Assembly (NCBI GenBank): GCA_015232575.1
Contig: JADFZL010000026.1
Coordinates: 13,688 to 77,687, forward strand
DNA: 64,000 bases
Direction of reading: 5' to 3'
From: Candidatus Rifleibacteriota bacterium
Lineage (GTDB): Bacteria > Muiribacteriota > Ozemobacteria > Ozemobacterales > Ozemobacteraceae
Shown: in pieces, positions 47,259 to 57,561 of the stretch
Numbering within the stretch: position 1 is the first letter of the stretch
How the letters are laid out: each line of letters opens with the position of its first letter
Notes under the pieces: model-generated
Seen by the model: only the letters and a program-made list of their open reading frames with translations
What the model was told of the DNA's origin: nothing
Databases searched by the model: none
Position numbers and translations under genes: made by a program

Positions 47259-48593
47259 TTGAGAATAGCGTTAATAAAGCCTTCGTTTGGTGAGACATTT
47301 GGCAAACGTTACAGTTCCATGGCAATGATGGAACCACTGACGTTTGCCGTCCTTGCCGGTTTAACTCCGGCAAAGCATGAACTATTCTTTTTTGATGAGC
47401 GCATCGAAAATATCGACTTTGACAAAGGCTATGATCTGGCGGCAATTTCAGTTGAAACTTTTTCTGCAAGACGTTCTTCGCAGATTTACAATGAATTCCG
47501 AAAACGAAACATTCCCGTTATTTCGGGCGGTTTTCATCCAACTCTCATCCCTGAGGAAGTCACTTCATACTCAGATGTTGTTGCGATAGGCGAAGCAGAG
47601 AATATCTGGCCTCAAATTCTTGCTGACGCAGAAAACAATAAGCTTCAGAAAATATACCGCTCACAGAATTTGTCTTCCCAATTTTCTGTTGTTACGGACA
47701 AGTCTGTTTTTAACGGGAAGAAGTACCTTCCGATTTCATTAGTACAATTTAATCAAGGCTGCATACACAATTGTGATTTCTGTTCAGTACGACAATTCTA
47801 TTCAGGGAAAACCAGACAGCGTGCTATCGATGAGGTTTTAAGAGAAATTTCTGCACAGAAAAAGAATTTTATTTTTTTTGTTGACGACAACATAATTTCC
47901 CATAAAGATGCTATAAAAAAGCTCCTCAGAGAACTCAAGGGAATGAATCTGAGGTGGACAGCCCAGTCAAGTCTTGCTGTTGCAGAAGACGATGAATTGC
48001 TGCAACTGGTAGTTGAAAGCGGCTGTTTTTCACTGATTATTGGCCTGGAATCACTGAACCCGATGAACCTTGAAAAGATGAATAAAGGCTGGGCAAAGCA
48101 CTTTGGCGGATACAAAGGTGCATTGGATAAGCTTAAAGATCACGGTATAATGGTTTATGGAACTTTCGTTTTTGGTTATGATTTTGATGATATTGATTGT
48201 TTTTCCAGAACTGCTGATTTTGCAATTGAAAGAAAACTGTTTATGGCCAATTTTAATATATTGCAGCCTTTTCCAGGGACACCGGTTTATGAAACACTTA
48301 AGAGTCAGAATCGTCTTATTTTTGAAAAATGGTGGCTCGATAAGCGCTATAGTTGGAATCAGACAGCATTCATTCCTCTCAGAATGACACCTGAGCAATT
48401 ATCTGAGGGCGTTACAAGTGTACGCAAAAAGTTTAATTCGATATCCGGAATTTTCCAGCGGGCAATTGATCTGAAAGCAAATTTAAGTGATCTTTTCAGT
48501 GCGATGATATATTTTACAGGAAACGTTGTATCGAGGCATGATATCCACAGAAAAACCAATCTGAAACTCGGATTCAAAGATGAGAAAATATAA
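47259..48593 (+). CDS. B12-binding-domain radical SAM protein (paralog 1)
   Basis: N-terminal cobalamin-binding-like domain and CxxxCxxC (CIHNCDFCSV). TTG start. Confidence 0.7.
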   Translation: MRIALIKPSFGETFGKRYSSMAMMEPLTFAVLAGLTPAKHELFFFDERIENIDFDKGYDLAAISVETFSARRSSQIYNEFRKRNIPVISGGFHPTLIPEEVTSYSDVVAIGEAENIWPQILADAENNKLQKIYRSQNLSSQFSVVTDKSVFNGKKYLPISLVQFNQGCIHNCDFCSVRQFYSGKTRQRAIDEVLREISAQKKNFIFFVDDNIISHKDAIKKLLRELKGMNLRWTAQSSLAVAEDDELLQLVVESGCFSLIIGLESLNPMNLEKMNKGWAKHFGGYKGALDKLKDHGIMVYGTFVFGYDFDDIDCFSRTADFAIERKLFMANFNILQPFPGTPVYETLKSQNRLIFEKWWLDKRYSWNQTAFIPLRMTPEQLSEGVTSVRKKFNSISGIFQRAIDLKANLSDLFSAMIYFTGNVVSRHDIHRKTNLKLGFKDEKI

Positions 48594-48596
48594 AAT

Positions 48597-49958
48597 ATGA
48601 AAGATAAAATCAGAGTCGTTTTCATAAAACCCAATATGGGCCTGGTTTACGGAAAGCCATACTACGACCGTGGACGCATGGAACCGCTTACTTTTGCTGT
48701 CTTGGCAGGAATGCTTTCTGATGATGTTGAATGCATCCTTTATGATGATCGGTTTGAAAAAATTTATTATGACAAACCGGCTGATCTGGTTGCCATAAAT
48801 GTTGAAATTTATACTGCGAGAAGAGCTTATGAAATTTCGGCTGAATTCAGGAAACGTGGAGTAAAAGTCATTCTTGGCGGATATCACGTTTCAATGCTTC
48901 CAGAAGAAGCGATGGAACATGCTGACGCTATAATGACAGGCGACGCTGAACAGATATGGCCACAAGTGGTTAGCGATGCTGCTGCCGGTAATCTGAAAAA
49001 GATGTACAATGGAGTTTTCCCGCCAGTTTTATCTGGAATAAAAACCAGATGGGAAATTTTTGAAAACAAATCTTATCTTCCGATCAGGTTGACACAGTTC
49101 AGCAGAGGCTGCAGTAATCACTGCAAGTTTTGTGCAACAGGTACCATATACAAAAGAACTCATGTCTGCCGGCCTCCAGAGGAAGTTGTTGCAGAACTTG
49201 CAGTTCAGAAAAACAAGTTTGTTTTCTTTGTTGATGACAATATTATTGCTGAACCTGAAACAGCAAAAGAGCTTTTCAGAAGACTTATACCGTTGAAAAA
49301 AAGGTGGATAGGACAGGCAAGTCTGAATTTCACAAACGACCCTGAATTGATGGATCTCATGCAAAGAAGCGGGTGTGCCGGTCTTGTAATCGGATTTGAA
49401 ACTGTGAATCCGGAAAACCTTGCACTTATGGAAAAAAACTGCAATCTTCAACTTGAAAGCTATGATGACGCCATTGAAAAAACACGCAAAATGGGACTTA
49501 TGCTGTGGGCAGCTTTTTTGATCGGGTACAACCATGACGATATAAACAGTATACGAAAAACTGTACAATGGGCTATAGACCGAAAGTTCTGTTTTGCTGC
49601 ATTTAATATCCTCAGCCCATACCCGAGCACTGTCGTTTACGATGAAATGAAAGCTCAAAACAGGCTTTTGTATGATAAATGGTGGCTCGACGACCGTTAT
49701 CATTTTGGAGATGCCGTTTTCAAACCGACAAGAATGACACCGGATGAACTAACGGAAGCTTGTTTCTGGGCTCGCAGGCGTTTCAACAACCCACTGACAA
49801 TTTTAAAAAGAGTTCTTGATTTCCAGACAAACGCCAAAGACCTCTGGAGCATTGCAACATATTTTGCATACAATCCACTATTCCGCCGCGAATTGTTCAA
49901 AAAACACGGAATGATACTCGGATACCGTAATAAACACACGAGTCACCAGGGCGAGTAA
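48597..49958 (+). CDS. B12-binding-domain radical SAM protein (paralog 2)
   Basis: Collinear similarity to the upstream gene (MEPLTFAVLAG, CSNHCKFCATG, KWWLDDRY). Confidence 0.7.
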   Translation: MKDKIRVVFIKPNMGLVYGKPYYDRGRMEPLTFAVLAGMLSDDVECILYDDRFEKIYYDKPADLVAINVEIYTARRAYEISAEFRKRGVKVILGGYHVSMLPEEAMEHADAIMTGDAEQIWPQVVSDAAAGNLKKMYNGVFPPVLSGIKTRWEIFENKSYLPIRLTQFSRGCSNHCKFCATGTIYKRTHVCRPPEEVVAELAVQKNKFVFFVDDNIIAEPETAKELFRRLIPLKKRWIGQASLNFTNDPELMDLMQRSGCAGLVIGFETVNPENLALMEKNCNLQLESYDDAIEKTRKMGLMLWAAFLIGYNHDDINSIRKTVQWAIDRKFCFAAFNILSPYPSTVVYDEMKAQNRLLYDKWWLDDRYHFGDAVFKPTRMTPDELTEACFWARRRFNNPLTILKRVLDFQTNAKDLWSIATYFAYNPLFRRELFKKHGMILGYRNKHTSHQGE

Positions 49959-50057
49959 GAAAAGAACTTGTTATTTGATGCTGATTTTTAAGATTTTCTG
50001 ATATTTTTCTAAATAAGCATTCCTGTCATTAAAAAGAAATAAATATTCTTATGTTAA

Positions 50058-50098
50058 AACTATTGGAACAAAAATACTATTTATTCTGTTTTACAAAT
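50058..50098 (+). promoter_or_regulatory. TTGGAACAAA promoter motif (copy A) upstream of the ECF sigma gene
   Basis: CTATTGGAACAAAAATACTATTTATT lies 41 nt upstream of the ATG. GGAAC is the typical ECF -35 core. Confidence 0.45.
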
Positions 50099-50110
50099 TA
50101 GAGGGGAAAA

Positions 50111-50662
50111 ATGAGCTTGGAAATAAACAAGGTAAACCCCGGAATTTTGTTAGACGAACAGTTAATAAAAGATTTTCAGAAAGGTTCTGAAGAGGCATTT
50201 GAAGTGCTCTTCGACAGATATTTTCAAAAAATCTTTTGTTATACTTTTTCTTTTTTGAAAGATCATGAAGAAGCAAAAGACTTAACGCAGGAAATATTCT
50301 ATAAATTATACAAAGGGTTGAAAACTTATCAGGAACAAGGGAAATTCAAAAGTTGGATGTATTCTGTCGCAAGACTGACAATCATTAACAGATTCAGAAA
50401 GAAGGGAAAGGAAATAGTCTCTTGTGACCAGGAACTCGTTGAGACAACAGGAATGTCCGATTCGGACAACTCTTCCGGGGGTAATGATTACTTGTCATCT
50501 CTTTCAATTGTCGAAAGAGAAATTATTTCCCTGAGAATTCTGGAAAAACTACCTTACGAAAAAATATCTGAAATTACATCCCTTTCTACCAGCTATTTGA
50601 GGAAAGTTGTTTTCAGAATATTAAATAGGTTCAGATCAGAGGTTTCAAAAAATGAAATGTAA
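50111..50662 (+). CDS. ECF-family RNA polymerase sigma factor
   Basis: Region 2 (FEVLFDRYFQKIFCYTF...DLTQEIF) and region 4 (LPYEKISEITSLSTSYLRKVVFR). Confidence 0.8.
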   Translation: MSLEINKVNPGILLDEQLIKDFQKGSEEAFEVLFDRYFQKIFCYTFSFLKDHEEAKDLTQEIFYKLYKGLKTYQEQGKFKSWMYSVARLTIINRFRKKGKEIVSCDQELVETTGMSDSDNSSGGNDYLSSLSIVEREIISLRILEKLPYEKISEITSLSTSYLRKVVFRILNRFRSEVSKNEM

Positions 50663-51623
50663 TAAAGCCTACAACTGGTTTGAAAATGAAATCAATTCAG
50701 ATCAGGATAATTCTTTTTCTGAAATACAGGAACATGCTGATAAATGCATTGAGTGCAAAAATTTTCTGAAAAATCTGAACTCTATTGAAAGAGAGATTTC
50801 CACATGGAAATTAAGCGAAACAGAGTTTACAAATACCAAATCTAAGTTTTTTGCCGGTTTAAAGAAAAGTGACATTGAAGCAACACCTGAAAAGCATCTC
50901 ATTTCCGGGAAAGTATTGTTATTGTTAACCGCAGTAACATTTTCCACTATTGCACTTTTCACTGAATATCACAAAACACCAATATCTCAGAATACGTCCG
51001 AAAATACGTCCGAAACTGCACCCCAAATTTCTGTTACCGGAAAACAGGCAGTTCTTTTCAAAAAGAATGGTATCCGAATTCCATTATTAAATGAGCCCGT
51101 GCAGGTAAAAGAATCATCGTATTTTCTGGAATTCTCAGATGGTGCGACTCTGGATTTTCAAAAAGCAGGAAAAGTTGAACTCTCCGGCAAAGGAACAATA
51201 CTTCTATCATCTGATGGATTCTCAACAAGCGATGGTAATTTTTCTGTTAATTTTCAGTCAACAAAAACAGATTTAAAGATATATCTTCCGACCGTCATAC
51301 TTAAATCAAACAATGCCGGAATAAATCTCAAGCTAACTTCTGGAAACGGCTACGCTGAAATTTCGAAAGGAAAAGCAGAGTTGTTGTCTCTCTCAACCGA
51401 GTCAGTTATTTCTGCATTTGAAACTGGTGAGAAAATAGTGATTTCATCTGGAACATCCACTAAAACTTCAGAAATTCCTGATGGTGTAAGAATCCCCAAA
51501 ACACATGAATCTTCAAGTTCGGTACAAGAAGAAAAAAATAACACGATTCAGAATAAGAAACATCCACCGAAAAAAACCGGAGAAATTGTCAATGACTCAC
51601 TTTTCGACCAAAGCGAAAAGTAA
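50652..51623 (+). CDS. zf-HC2 anti-sigma factor with TM and periplasmic domain
   Basis: HADKCIECK (H-x3-C-x2-C), TM helix, 11-nt overlap with the sigma gene. Confidence 0.65.
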   Translation: MKCNKAYNWFENEINSDQDNSFSEIQEHADKCIECKNFLKNLNSIEREISTWKLSETEFTNTKSKFFAGLKKSDIEATPEKHLISGKVLLLLTAVTFSTIALFTEYHKTPISQNTSENTSETAPQISVTGKQAVLFKKNGIRIPLLNEPVQVKESSYFLEFSDGATLDFQKAGKVELSGKGTILLSSDGFSTSDGNFSVNFQSTKTDLKIYLPTVILKSNNAGINLKLTSGNGYAEISKGKAELLSLSTESVISAFETGEKIVISSGTSTKTSEIPDGVRIPKTHESSSSVQEEKNNTIQNKKHPPKKTGEIVNDSLFDQSEK

Positions 51624-51714
51624 GAATTTTTCGACTTATTTATTGGTTAAACGCGGGTTGGAGAGTTTCTGATTAAATTGAATGCAAAATTTCAGAATAC
51701 TTTGCTTTATTAAA

Positions 51715-51775
51715 AATATTGGAACAAAAAAGCATTATTTTGCAATTTATTACTTAGGAAGTAAATTTAAAAAAT
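51715..51775 (+). promoter_or_regulatory. TTGGAACAAA promoter motif (copy B), extended 58-bp conserved block
   Basis: AAAAATATTGGAACAAAAAAGCATTATTTTGCAATTTATTACTTAGGAAGTAAATTT is near-identical to 62428-62485. Confidence 0.5.
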
Positions 51776-51793
51776 TATTTTCGGAGGGTAACA

Positions 51794-53989
51794 ATGAAAT
51801 TCTCATTCAAAGTGACTGCATTTCTTTTCTTCTCTCTTCTGATTGGCTCTGTTGGTTTCGCTGACGACCTCGGGTCGCTTCAGCAGTTGAGATTAAAAAG
51901 AAGCTGGAAACCTCTGATCGAATTATCTCAAACTGTAATTGCCCGGGAAGAAGCAAAAAAATCTGATCCTGATGCGGCAAGTGGTGATGGCATGCTTCTC
52001 CGATTTGCTTATGAAGGATTATACGAAGGACTGGTAGGCACATCAAGATTTACAGAAGCGCGTGACCTGACTGATAAAATTATTAACAGATTTACGGCAA
52101 CGAGTGAACCGAAAGTTGACACCCCAAGTTATCAGTCTTTGTGGAAATTATGGCAATATCGCGCAAAATCGTTCATTACTGTTCAGGATCAATTATTAAA
52201 AGATAAAATTACTTTTTTAAAGATGGCGCGAGATGCCTTTATCTGGCAAAATAACAACTTGAATGCCATTTTGACCAATCTGGTCAGACATAACAACAAT
52301 TTGAAATCCTTTGAATGCAGAATTCTTAATGCATCCCAGGTGATTGATATTGGAAAATCCATGGAGGGTTGGGCAAATACGATTTCAAATTACGAACAGC
52401 ATACAGACGATGTAATTTGCAACCAGAGAATCAGTTTGTTAGACAGATATGAAAAGAAGGGAATCAAATTAACTTCTGAAATGCTTGATTCTCTTGATTC
52501 TGAATCGCTGACAAAGAAGGAATATGTAGATCAGGTTCTCTTATCAAACCAGCTTATCGCAAGTTGCAGCAGCTTAATGTCTTCAAACTGGAAGTATCTG
52601 CGTGGACAAAAGTATGTTGGATTATACGTTCATGGAAAAGATTTTGAAAGACTTATTGATAATATGAATTCCAGTTTTGAAGATTTTGAAAGATTCCAGC
52701 AGATTAATGAAAAGAGAGTGTTCGCTTTGGATTTCTCCGGATCATATAAAGAATTCCAGAATCGATGCTCAATGGTTAAATTTGCAGATACGATTGCCAT
52801 ATTAAAAAATGTTCCGTTTAGTGGTTCTTCTGATGAAGGCATCAGAATTGAGAATTTACGAAGGTATATTCAGGATAATTCAGCAACCCAAGTTATTACT
52901 TTTTTTGCATCTACTGCAGCAAGAAGTCTTGGAAGCTCCCTTGAAAGCATGTTTTCCGGAATTGAGAATAAGTGGATGGCAGTATCAGGTTTTCTGAAAG
53001 CGAACTCCATACCTGGAGACATGGACTCTGACGGCCAATATTCAGACAATGACATGAAATTGTTCAGGGGCTATTTTGATTCATTTCCAATAATCCTTGC
53101 CAGTACAACAAATTCAGTCATTCACAACATGAATCTGAATGGAGACGCAATCATAAGCCTTGCGGACTATTCCCTCCTGGTGGAAGCTGTAAATGGAAAT
53201 CGCAAGTTTTTCCCGTGTGATTCTGATAACAGAATGGGAGATTTGTCCGGAAATGGTTCACTGGATGAAAATGATGTAGCAAAATTTGCCTATCTTTGCT
53301 TCAATCGCCCCTCTCCAAAGGGCGATATCTTCAGAATCATGAATATTAATAAGCGCAATGTTCCGCAGATACAAGATGTTGTTTCATTGATTGTCAGAAT
53401 GATATTTGAAAACAGTTATGCAATGGGTCGCATCATGACCGACGTGAAATACAATGGTAACAATGTGAATTTCCTTGCGGAAAAACCGGTTCTTGACGTA
53501 AATAAAGACAACAAGATATCTCTTGCTCAGGACTTTGAACTGATGATGCGTCAAGTAGCCTTTCTCTCTGGCACTCCAGTTCCAACAGGTGCGATTGGAA
53601 ATCTTAATAAAGATGAAGATCTTGGCTCTTCAGATCTGTTCCTGTTCGTGTATCATTCATGGGATCTTTTCAAATCATATTTTAAAACTGAAACACCTTT
53701 CAAATGGTTCACTTCAAATGAATATCCAAAATACCAGGCTTATATGTATGATAGATGCAAACTTCTGAATAACAGAAATATCTGCGGACACAAAAACTGT
53801 TCCAATATGTGCAAGGAAACTTTACCTGAGTTAGTTTTCAAAAGAAATGGAGGAGCCCTTGTTGTTACCTTAGCAGGCTACAAAGAACATACATCAATAT
53901 CTTCAACTACACAGGCTCCTGAAGCACCAAAACCTGCCCCTCAGAGCTCTACTCAAAACAATGGCATTGGAAGCAGTGAAGACCTCTGA
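51794..53989 (+). CDS. secreted protein with dockerin-like Ca-binding repeats
   Basis: Signal peptide. DMDSDGQYSDNDMKLF..., LNGDAIISLADYSLL..., DLSGNGSLDENDVAKF... (D-x-D/N-x-DG-x...D pattern). Confidence 0.6.
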   Translation: MKFSFKVTAFLFFSLLIGSVGFADDLGSLQQLRLKRSWKPLIELSQTVIAREEAKKSDPDAASGDGMLLRFAYEGLYEGLVGTSRFTEARDLTDKIINRFTATSEPKVDTPSYQSLWKLWQYRAKSFITVQDQLLKDKITFLKMARDAFIWQNNNLNAILTNLVRHNNNLKSFECRILNASQVIDIGKSMEGWANTISNYEQHTDDVICNQRISLLDRYEKKGIKLTSEMLDSLDSESLTKKEYVDQVLLSNQLIASCSSLMSSNWKYLRGQKYVGLYVHGKDFERLIDNMNSSFEDFERFQQINEKRVFALDFSGSYKEFQNRCSMVKFADTIAILKNVPFSGSSDEGIRIENLRRYIQDNSATQVITFFASTAARSLGSSLESMFSGIENKWMAVSGFLKANSIPGDMDSDGQYSDNDMKLFRGYFDSFPIILASTTNSVIHNMNLNGDAIISLADYSLLVEAVNGNRKFFPCDSDNRMGDLSGNGSLDENDVAKFAYLCFNRPSPKGDIFRIMNINKRNVPQIQDVVSLIVRMIFENSYAMGRIMTDVKYNGNNVNFLAEKPVLDVNKDNKISLAQDFELMMRQVAFLSGTPVPTGAIGNLNKDEDLGSSDLFLFVYHSWDLFKSYFKTETPFKWFTSNEYPKYQAYMYDRCKLLNNRNICGHKNCSNMCKETLPELVFKRNGGALVVTLAGYKEHTSISSTTQAPEAPKPAPQSSTQNNGIGSSEDL

Positions 53990-54011
53990 TTTTCAGAATT
54001 TTCTAAAAAAC

Positions 54012-54050
54012 CAGACCTGTCCAGTTTACATTCTGATCTGGACAGGTCGT
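54012..54050 (+). terminator. terminator hairpin (11-bp perfect stem GACCTGTCCAG / CTGGACAGGTC)
   Basis: Immediately after the stop codon. The T-tract is weak. Confidence 0.5.
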
Positions 54051-54156
54051 TAGATTTCTGTTTCAATATATCGTTTTTGTTAAACCGAAATTTGCCTTCT
54101 AAGTAGGCAAAATCTTAAAGAAGGAAGCAAATTTGCGTGTTAACATTTGGGTGGGC

Positions 54157-54250
54157 TGTCATCTCGAATAAATGTGAGATATCTGATAAAAGCGAGATTT
54201 CTTCCTTCAGTCGAAATGATATAGTAGAAATTCTGAAGCTTAAATGACTC
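54157..54250 (+). repeat. Y-type conserved intergenic element, copy 2
   Basis: CTGTCATCTCGAATAAATGTGAGATATCTGATAAAAGCGAGATTTCTTCCTTCAGTCGAAATGAT...GAAATTCTGAAGCTTAAATGAC. Confidence 0.6.
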
Positions 54251-54329
54251 CTTTATTAAGATTTGCTGTACAAAGGTAACTATGGGTTTGAGAGTTTATG
54301 ATTAAGTACGAGTCGGATATGGGAAAGAG

Positions 54330-57050
54330 ATGCAACAAATGATCATACGGAGCAGCATAAATGTTCTTGAATATGTAAGAGTACGTGGTATTGTTCTTCC
54401 GATTATTATTGCAATTTTCGCATGTCTCGCAACCTTTTTTTTCTCGCTTAATATGATCAGTCGCAGTCATCTTAATAAGATGCAATACCATGAAATTGAA
54501 GAAGTAGTATCCACAATTGGAAATGATGGTGCCAGATATCTTTCATACTCATTCGAAGACGTTTCACATCTTTCACCTGAAAATAAAGCTAAATTCGATA
54601 AATCATTCGGAAGTCTTTTTTCATCAAATTCACTTAGACCACAAACTATCACATCTGATCAATCAGATTTTTTAAGGGACGTAAAAATTGAGTTTCAGAG
54701 TCTGCTTGAATCATATAATTACAATTATCCCGACCGTCTTTCAAAGCTGTTTTCTCCTTTTGGAAATCACCCGGTTTGCATGAGAATGCAGTTAACCATT
54801 GAACAATCACCAAAGCTCATTCCAACAGGTTTGGTTAATAACATAAGAAATACAGTTCTTCACGAAATACTAAAATGTCCTATCAATGCAATGAATAGCG
54901 AGGAACTTCAGAAATATTCATTTGCCGCGGGAAAAGATGAAACAGAAAAAAATGGTACAATGAAATTTTCCTGCACAGTTTACTTCAGAGGTGTTGCCAG
55001 AGAAGTAACTTTGTCAAAGCAATTCAAGGTTATCAGTATGGTTCCGGGTCCATATTCCCGTTTTACCCTTTTTGCTCCCTCAACACCTGATACAGAAGCT
55101 TATAATGTTATTGAGAACACCTATGCTGGTAATTATCACAGCGATTCGTCATCATATAGCGGTCATAAGAGACTATTACTGATAAATGGAACGGATACCT
55201 TCAGTATAGGTGATGATCCACAATCGACTCTGAATTCACTTTCCAGTGATCTAATAGACTCAGCATCAATGCTTCAGAATCGAGGATGGGTTTTTCTGGG
55301 GAAGCCTCCTCAGGGATGCTTGCGATTAAATATTCCTGCTGGTTTTTTCCCACCAGATCCTGCTTTTCCCATTAATTCACTTTTTGAGGAGCATCCGTCT
55401 CAAATAAACGATGGAATTGGAGGTCAGATATACCTTACCTGGCCACAAAAGATATTAGATTCATCTTCTAATTTTAAACTGGCTGATACTCCAATCGAAA
55501 TTGATGATACCACAATATTTAATCTTGATTCAACAAAGGATGAAAAGCTGCTTTCAAGACTTCTTGGTTTTTTTGTCAAGCAGGGTTCATCCGGTGGCGC
55601 ACACGAGCTTGAACTCTGGCACAAACCAGATCCGACAAAATCTTCAGAAATGGTACCTTTACAGCGGACAGACTGTAAAACATCCTGGATTATGCCATTT
55701 GGCGATAGGCAATATATTTCACGTACCCTGCTCGTGGGTGAAGTACTCGCAAATTTTCTTCAGGTATACATGCTGAATCTTGACAAGAGTATTGCTCCGC
55801 CACAGAAAAATTATGGACTGATAAGAAGATATCTTGGAGCAGACGTTGATCGGGACTATTTTCTGCGTTTTCTGGTTCCTGATTGCTACTGGATTGGTCC
55901 CCTTCCTCCGCCAACTTATGAAAGCTTCATCAATTCGACCGTTCCACACCACCCAAAAGAAGTGCTGGATTCCATTTCTCCGAAAGTAGCACAATTTCCC
56001 CAGCAATCCTTTTGTGGAGTTCCGTTTAACCTTTTATTTGACTGTATGCAGTATTCAGACAGACCTGAATTTATCACCTGGGAAACACTTCCAAACTCGT
56101 CTGGCATTGGAAATATTTTCAACAAAAAAGCCGTTCCAGGTATTCCTGGAAATAAAGTACTAAATGAAGGCATCGGTCCAAATGATTCAACACTACTTGC
56201 ACCGAACACCTTCTGGAAAAACATTCAGCCCGACACAATTCAACTCTGGAAATCAGAGGCAGCAAACTCAATTGCACTTGGTAAAATTGATCGCTGGACA
56301 TATTATTACGGGAATCTGAGCAAACTTCATTTTAACAAATTTAACGCTTCCCCCAACGTTGCAGATAATCTGATTGAAAAATGGGGACTTTTTTCCAGAG
56401 TTACAAATATCATTGATCTGGATAATCCAGATATCCCCCCGGGAAAAGAAATGGCTTACCTGAAAGCGATGGGAATAATTGAAGATGCCGTAATGCCTTC
56501 CGGTGAAAAAGTTTATCGTCTGAACCATTCAGGAGTCTACATGTTTCTGAATAATTCCCCTGCAAGAAATCTGGTTCTGGACCGTCCAATGATATTGAAC
56601 AATTCAGCTATGTTCATTCTTCAAAGGGGAGATTTTGTTATAAAATACGGTGTACAATCACAAGAAACAGACAAAGACGGCATTCCAAAATACCTTTTTT
56701 CGTTTATTGCTCTTGATGGTCATATTCAATTGCCTCCAATTCCCGGAAAATATGCAAAACCTCTTCACGCTTATCTCGTGGCACTGAACAATTCTGTAGA
56801 TGGACACGGAGGAACCATTAAGAACTATGACGGAGCAAGCGGAAATTCCTGCCAGATCTATGTTATCGGAGGCATAGCAGCATTTACTATCGCACCATCA
56901 ACACTTGGAAGAACCATGTTTTCTGATTTTAAAGGCGGAGGGATAATATTGTACAACAGCAATTTCAACCCATGCCTGCCAGCAAATAATGAAAGATATA
57001 AGCTTATCATAGAACAGAGTGATCTTGGAATTATTGTTACAAAGGGTTGA
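54330..57050 (+). CDS. large (906 aa) N-terminally anchored protein, first gene of a second pseudopilin operon
   Basis: TM helix (VLPIIIAIFACLATFFFSL). Followed directly by two prepilin-type genes. Confidence 0.6.
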   Translation: MQQMIIRSSINVLEYVRVRGIVLPIIIAIFACLATFFFSLNMISRSHLNKMQYHEIEEVVSTIGNDGARYLSYSFEDVSHLSPENKAKFDKSFGSLFSSNSLRPQTITSDQSDFLRDVKIEFQSLLESYNYNYPDRLSKLFSPFGNHPVCMRMQLTIEQSPKLIPTGLVNNIRNTVLHEILKCPINAMNSEELQKYSFAAGKDETEKNGTMKFSCTVYFRGVAREVTLSKQFKVISMVPGPYSRFTLFAPSTPDTEAYNVIENTYAGNYHSDSSSYSGHKRLLLINGTDTFSIGDDPQSTLNSLSSDLIDSASMLQNRGWVFLGKPPQGCLRLNIPAGFFPPDPAFPINSLFEEHPSQINDGIGGQIYLTWPQKILDSSSNFKLADTPIEIDDTTIFNLDSTKDEKLLSRLLGFFVKQGSSGGAHELELWHKPDPTKSSEMVPLQRTDCKTSWIMPFGDRQYISRTLLVGEVLANFLQVYMLNLDKSIAPPQKNYGLIRRYLGADVDRDYFLRFLVPDCYWIGPLPPPTYESFINSTVPHHPKEVLDSISPKVAQFPQQSFCGVPFNLLFDCMQYSDRPEFITWETLPNSSGIGNIFNKKAVPGIPGNKVLNEGIGPNDSTLLAPNTFWKNIQPDTIQLWKSEAANSIALGKIDRWTYYYGNLSKLHFNKFNASPNVADNLIEKWGLFSRVTNIIDLDNPDIPPGKEMAYLKAMGIIEDAVMPSGEKVYRLNHSGVYMFLNNSPARNLVLDRPMILNNSAMFILQRGDFVIKYGVQSQETDKDGIPKYLFSFIALDGHIQLPPIPGKYAKPLHAYLVALNNSVDGHGGTIKNYDGASGNSCQIYVIGGIAAFTIAPSTLGRTMFSDFKGGGIILYNSNFNPCLPANNERYKLIIEQSDLGIIVTKG

Positions 57051-57057
57051 CCAGATT

Positions 57058-57561
57058 ATGAAAAAAGCTGTTACATTTGTTGAAGTTATAATAAGCATGG
57101 CAATAGTTGCAATTATTGTTTTTCCATTTCTTGATTTAATGTATTCCTCAAAAAAGAACGCCACAGGCTCAATGTGTGAGCTTCTTGCAACGCACTATTC
57201 TCATGAAATTACCGATCAGCTTGTAATGCTTGGAACATCAATTGGCTATAAAACTCTATGCAGCCAATCGAGTCTCTCAATGAAAGATCTGCTTGAAAGT
57301 CTGAATGATAAACTTCTGGAAAAAGAAAAGATGGCACGTCTTCCACTTAAAAATCTTGATGTTTCAATTCTGGTATCACCAATGGCGCGTTTCTTTGAAG
57401 AAAGAAAAATTACTGTTGAAGAAATACCGGGTAACAGACAGTTAGTAAAGGGGGATTACTTTAAAGTAGTTGTAAAAATCGGTTGGAAATTACCTTCTGT
57501 ACAATTAGACTCCAACACCAGTTACCATGAGGAAGTGGTGTTTTTGAGAAAAACCTTATGA
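57058..57561 (+). CDS. prepilin-type N-terminal cleavage/methylation domain protein (pseudopilin)
   Basis: MKKA|VTFVEVIISMAIVAIIVF: E at +5, hydrophobic helix. Confidence 0.7.
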   Translation: MKKAVTFVEVIISMAIVAIIVFPFLDLMYSSKKNATGSMCELLATHYSHEITDQLVMLGTSIGYKTLCSQSSLSMKDLLESLNDKLLEKEKMARLPLKNLDVSILVSPMARFFEERKITVEEIPGNRQLVKGDYFKVVVKIGWKLPSVQLDSNTSYHEEVVFLRKTL

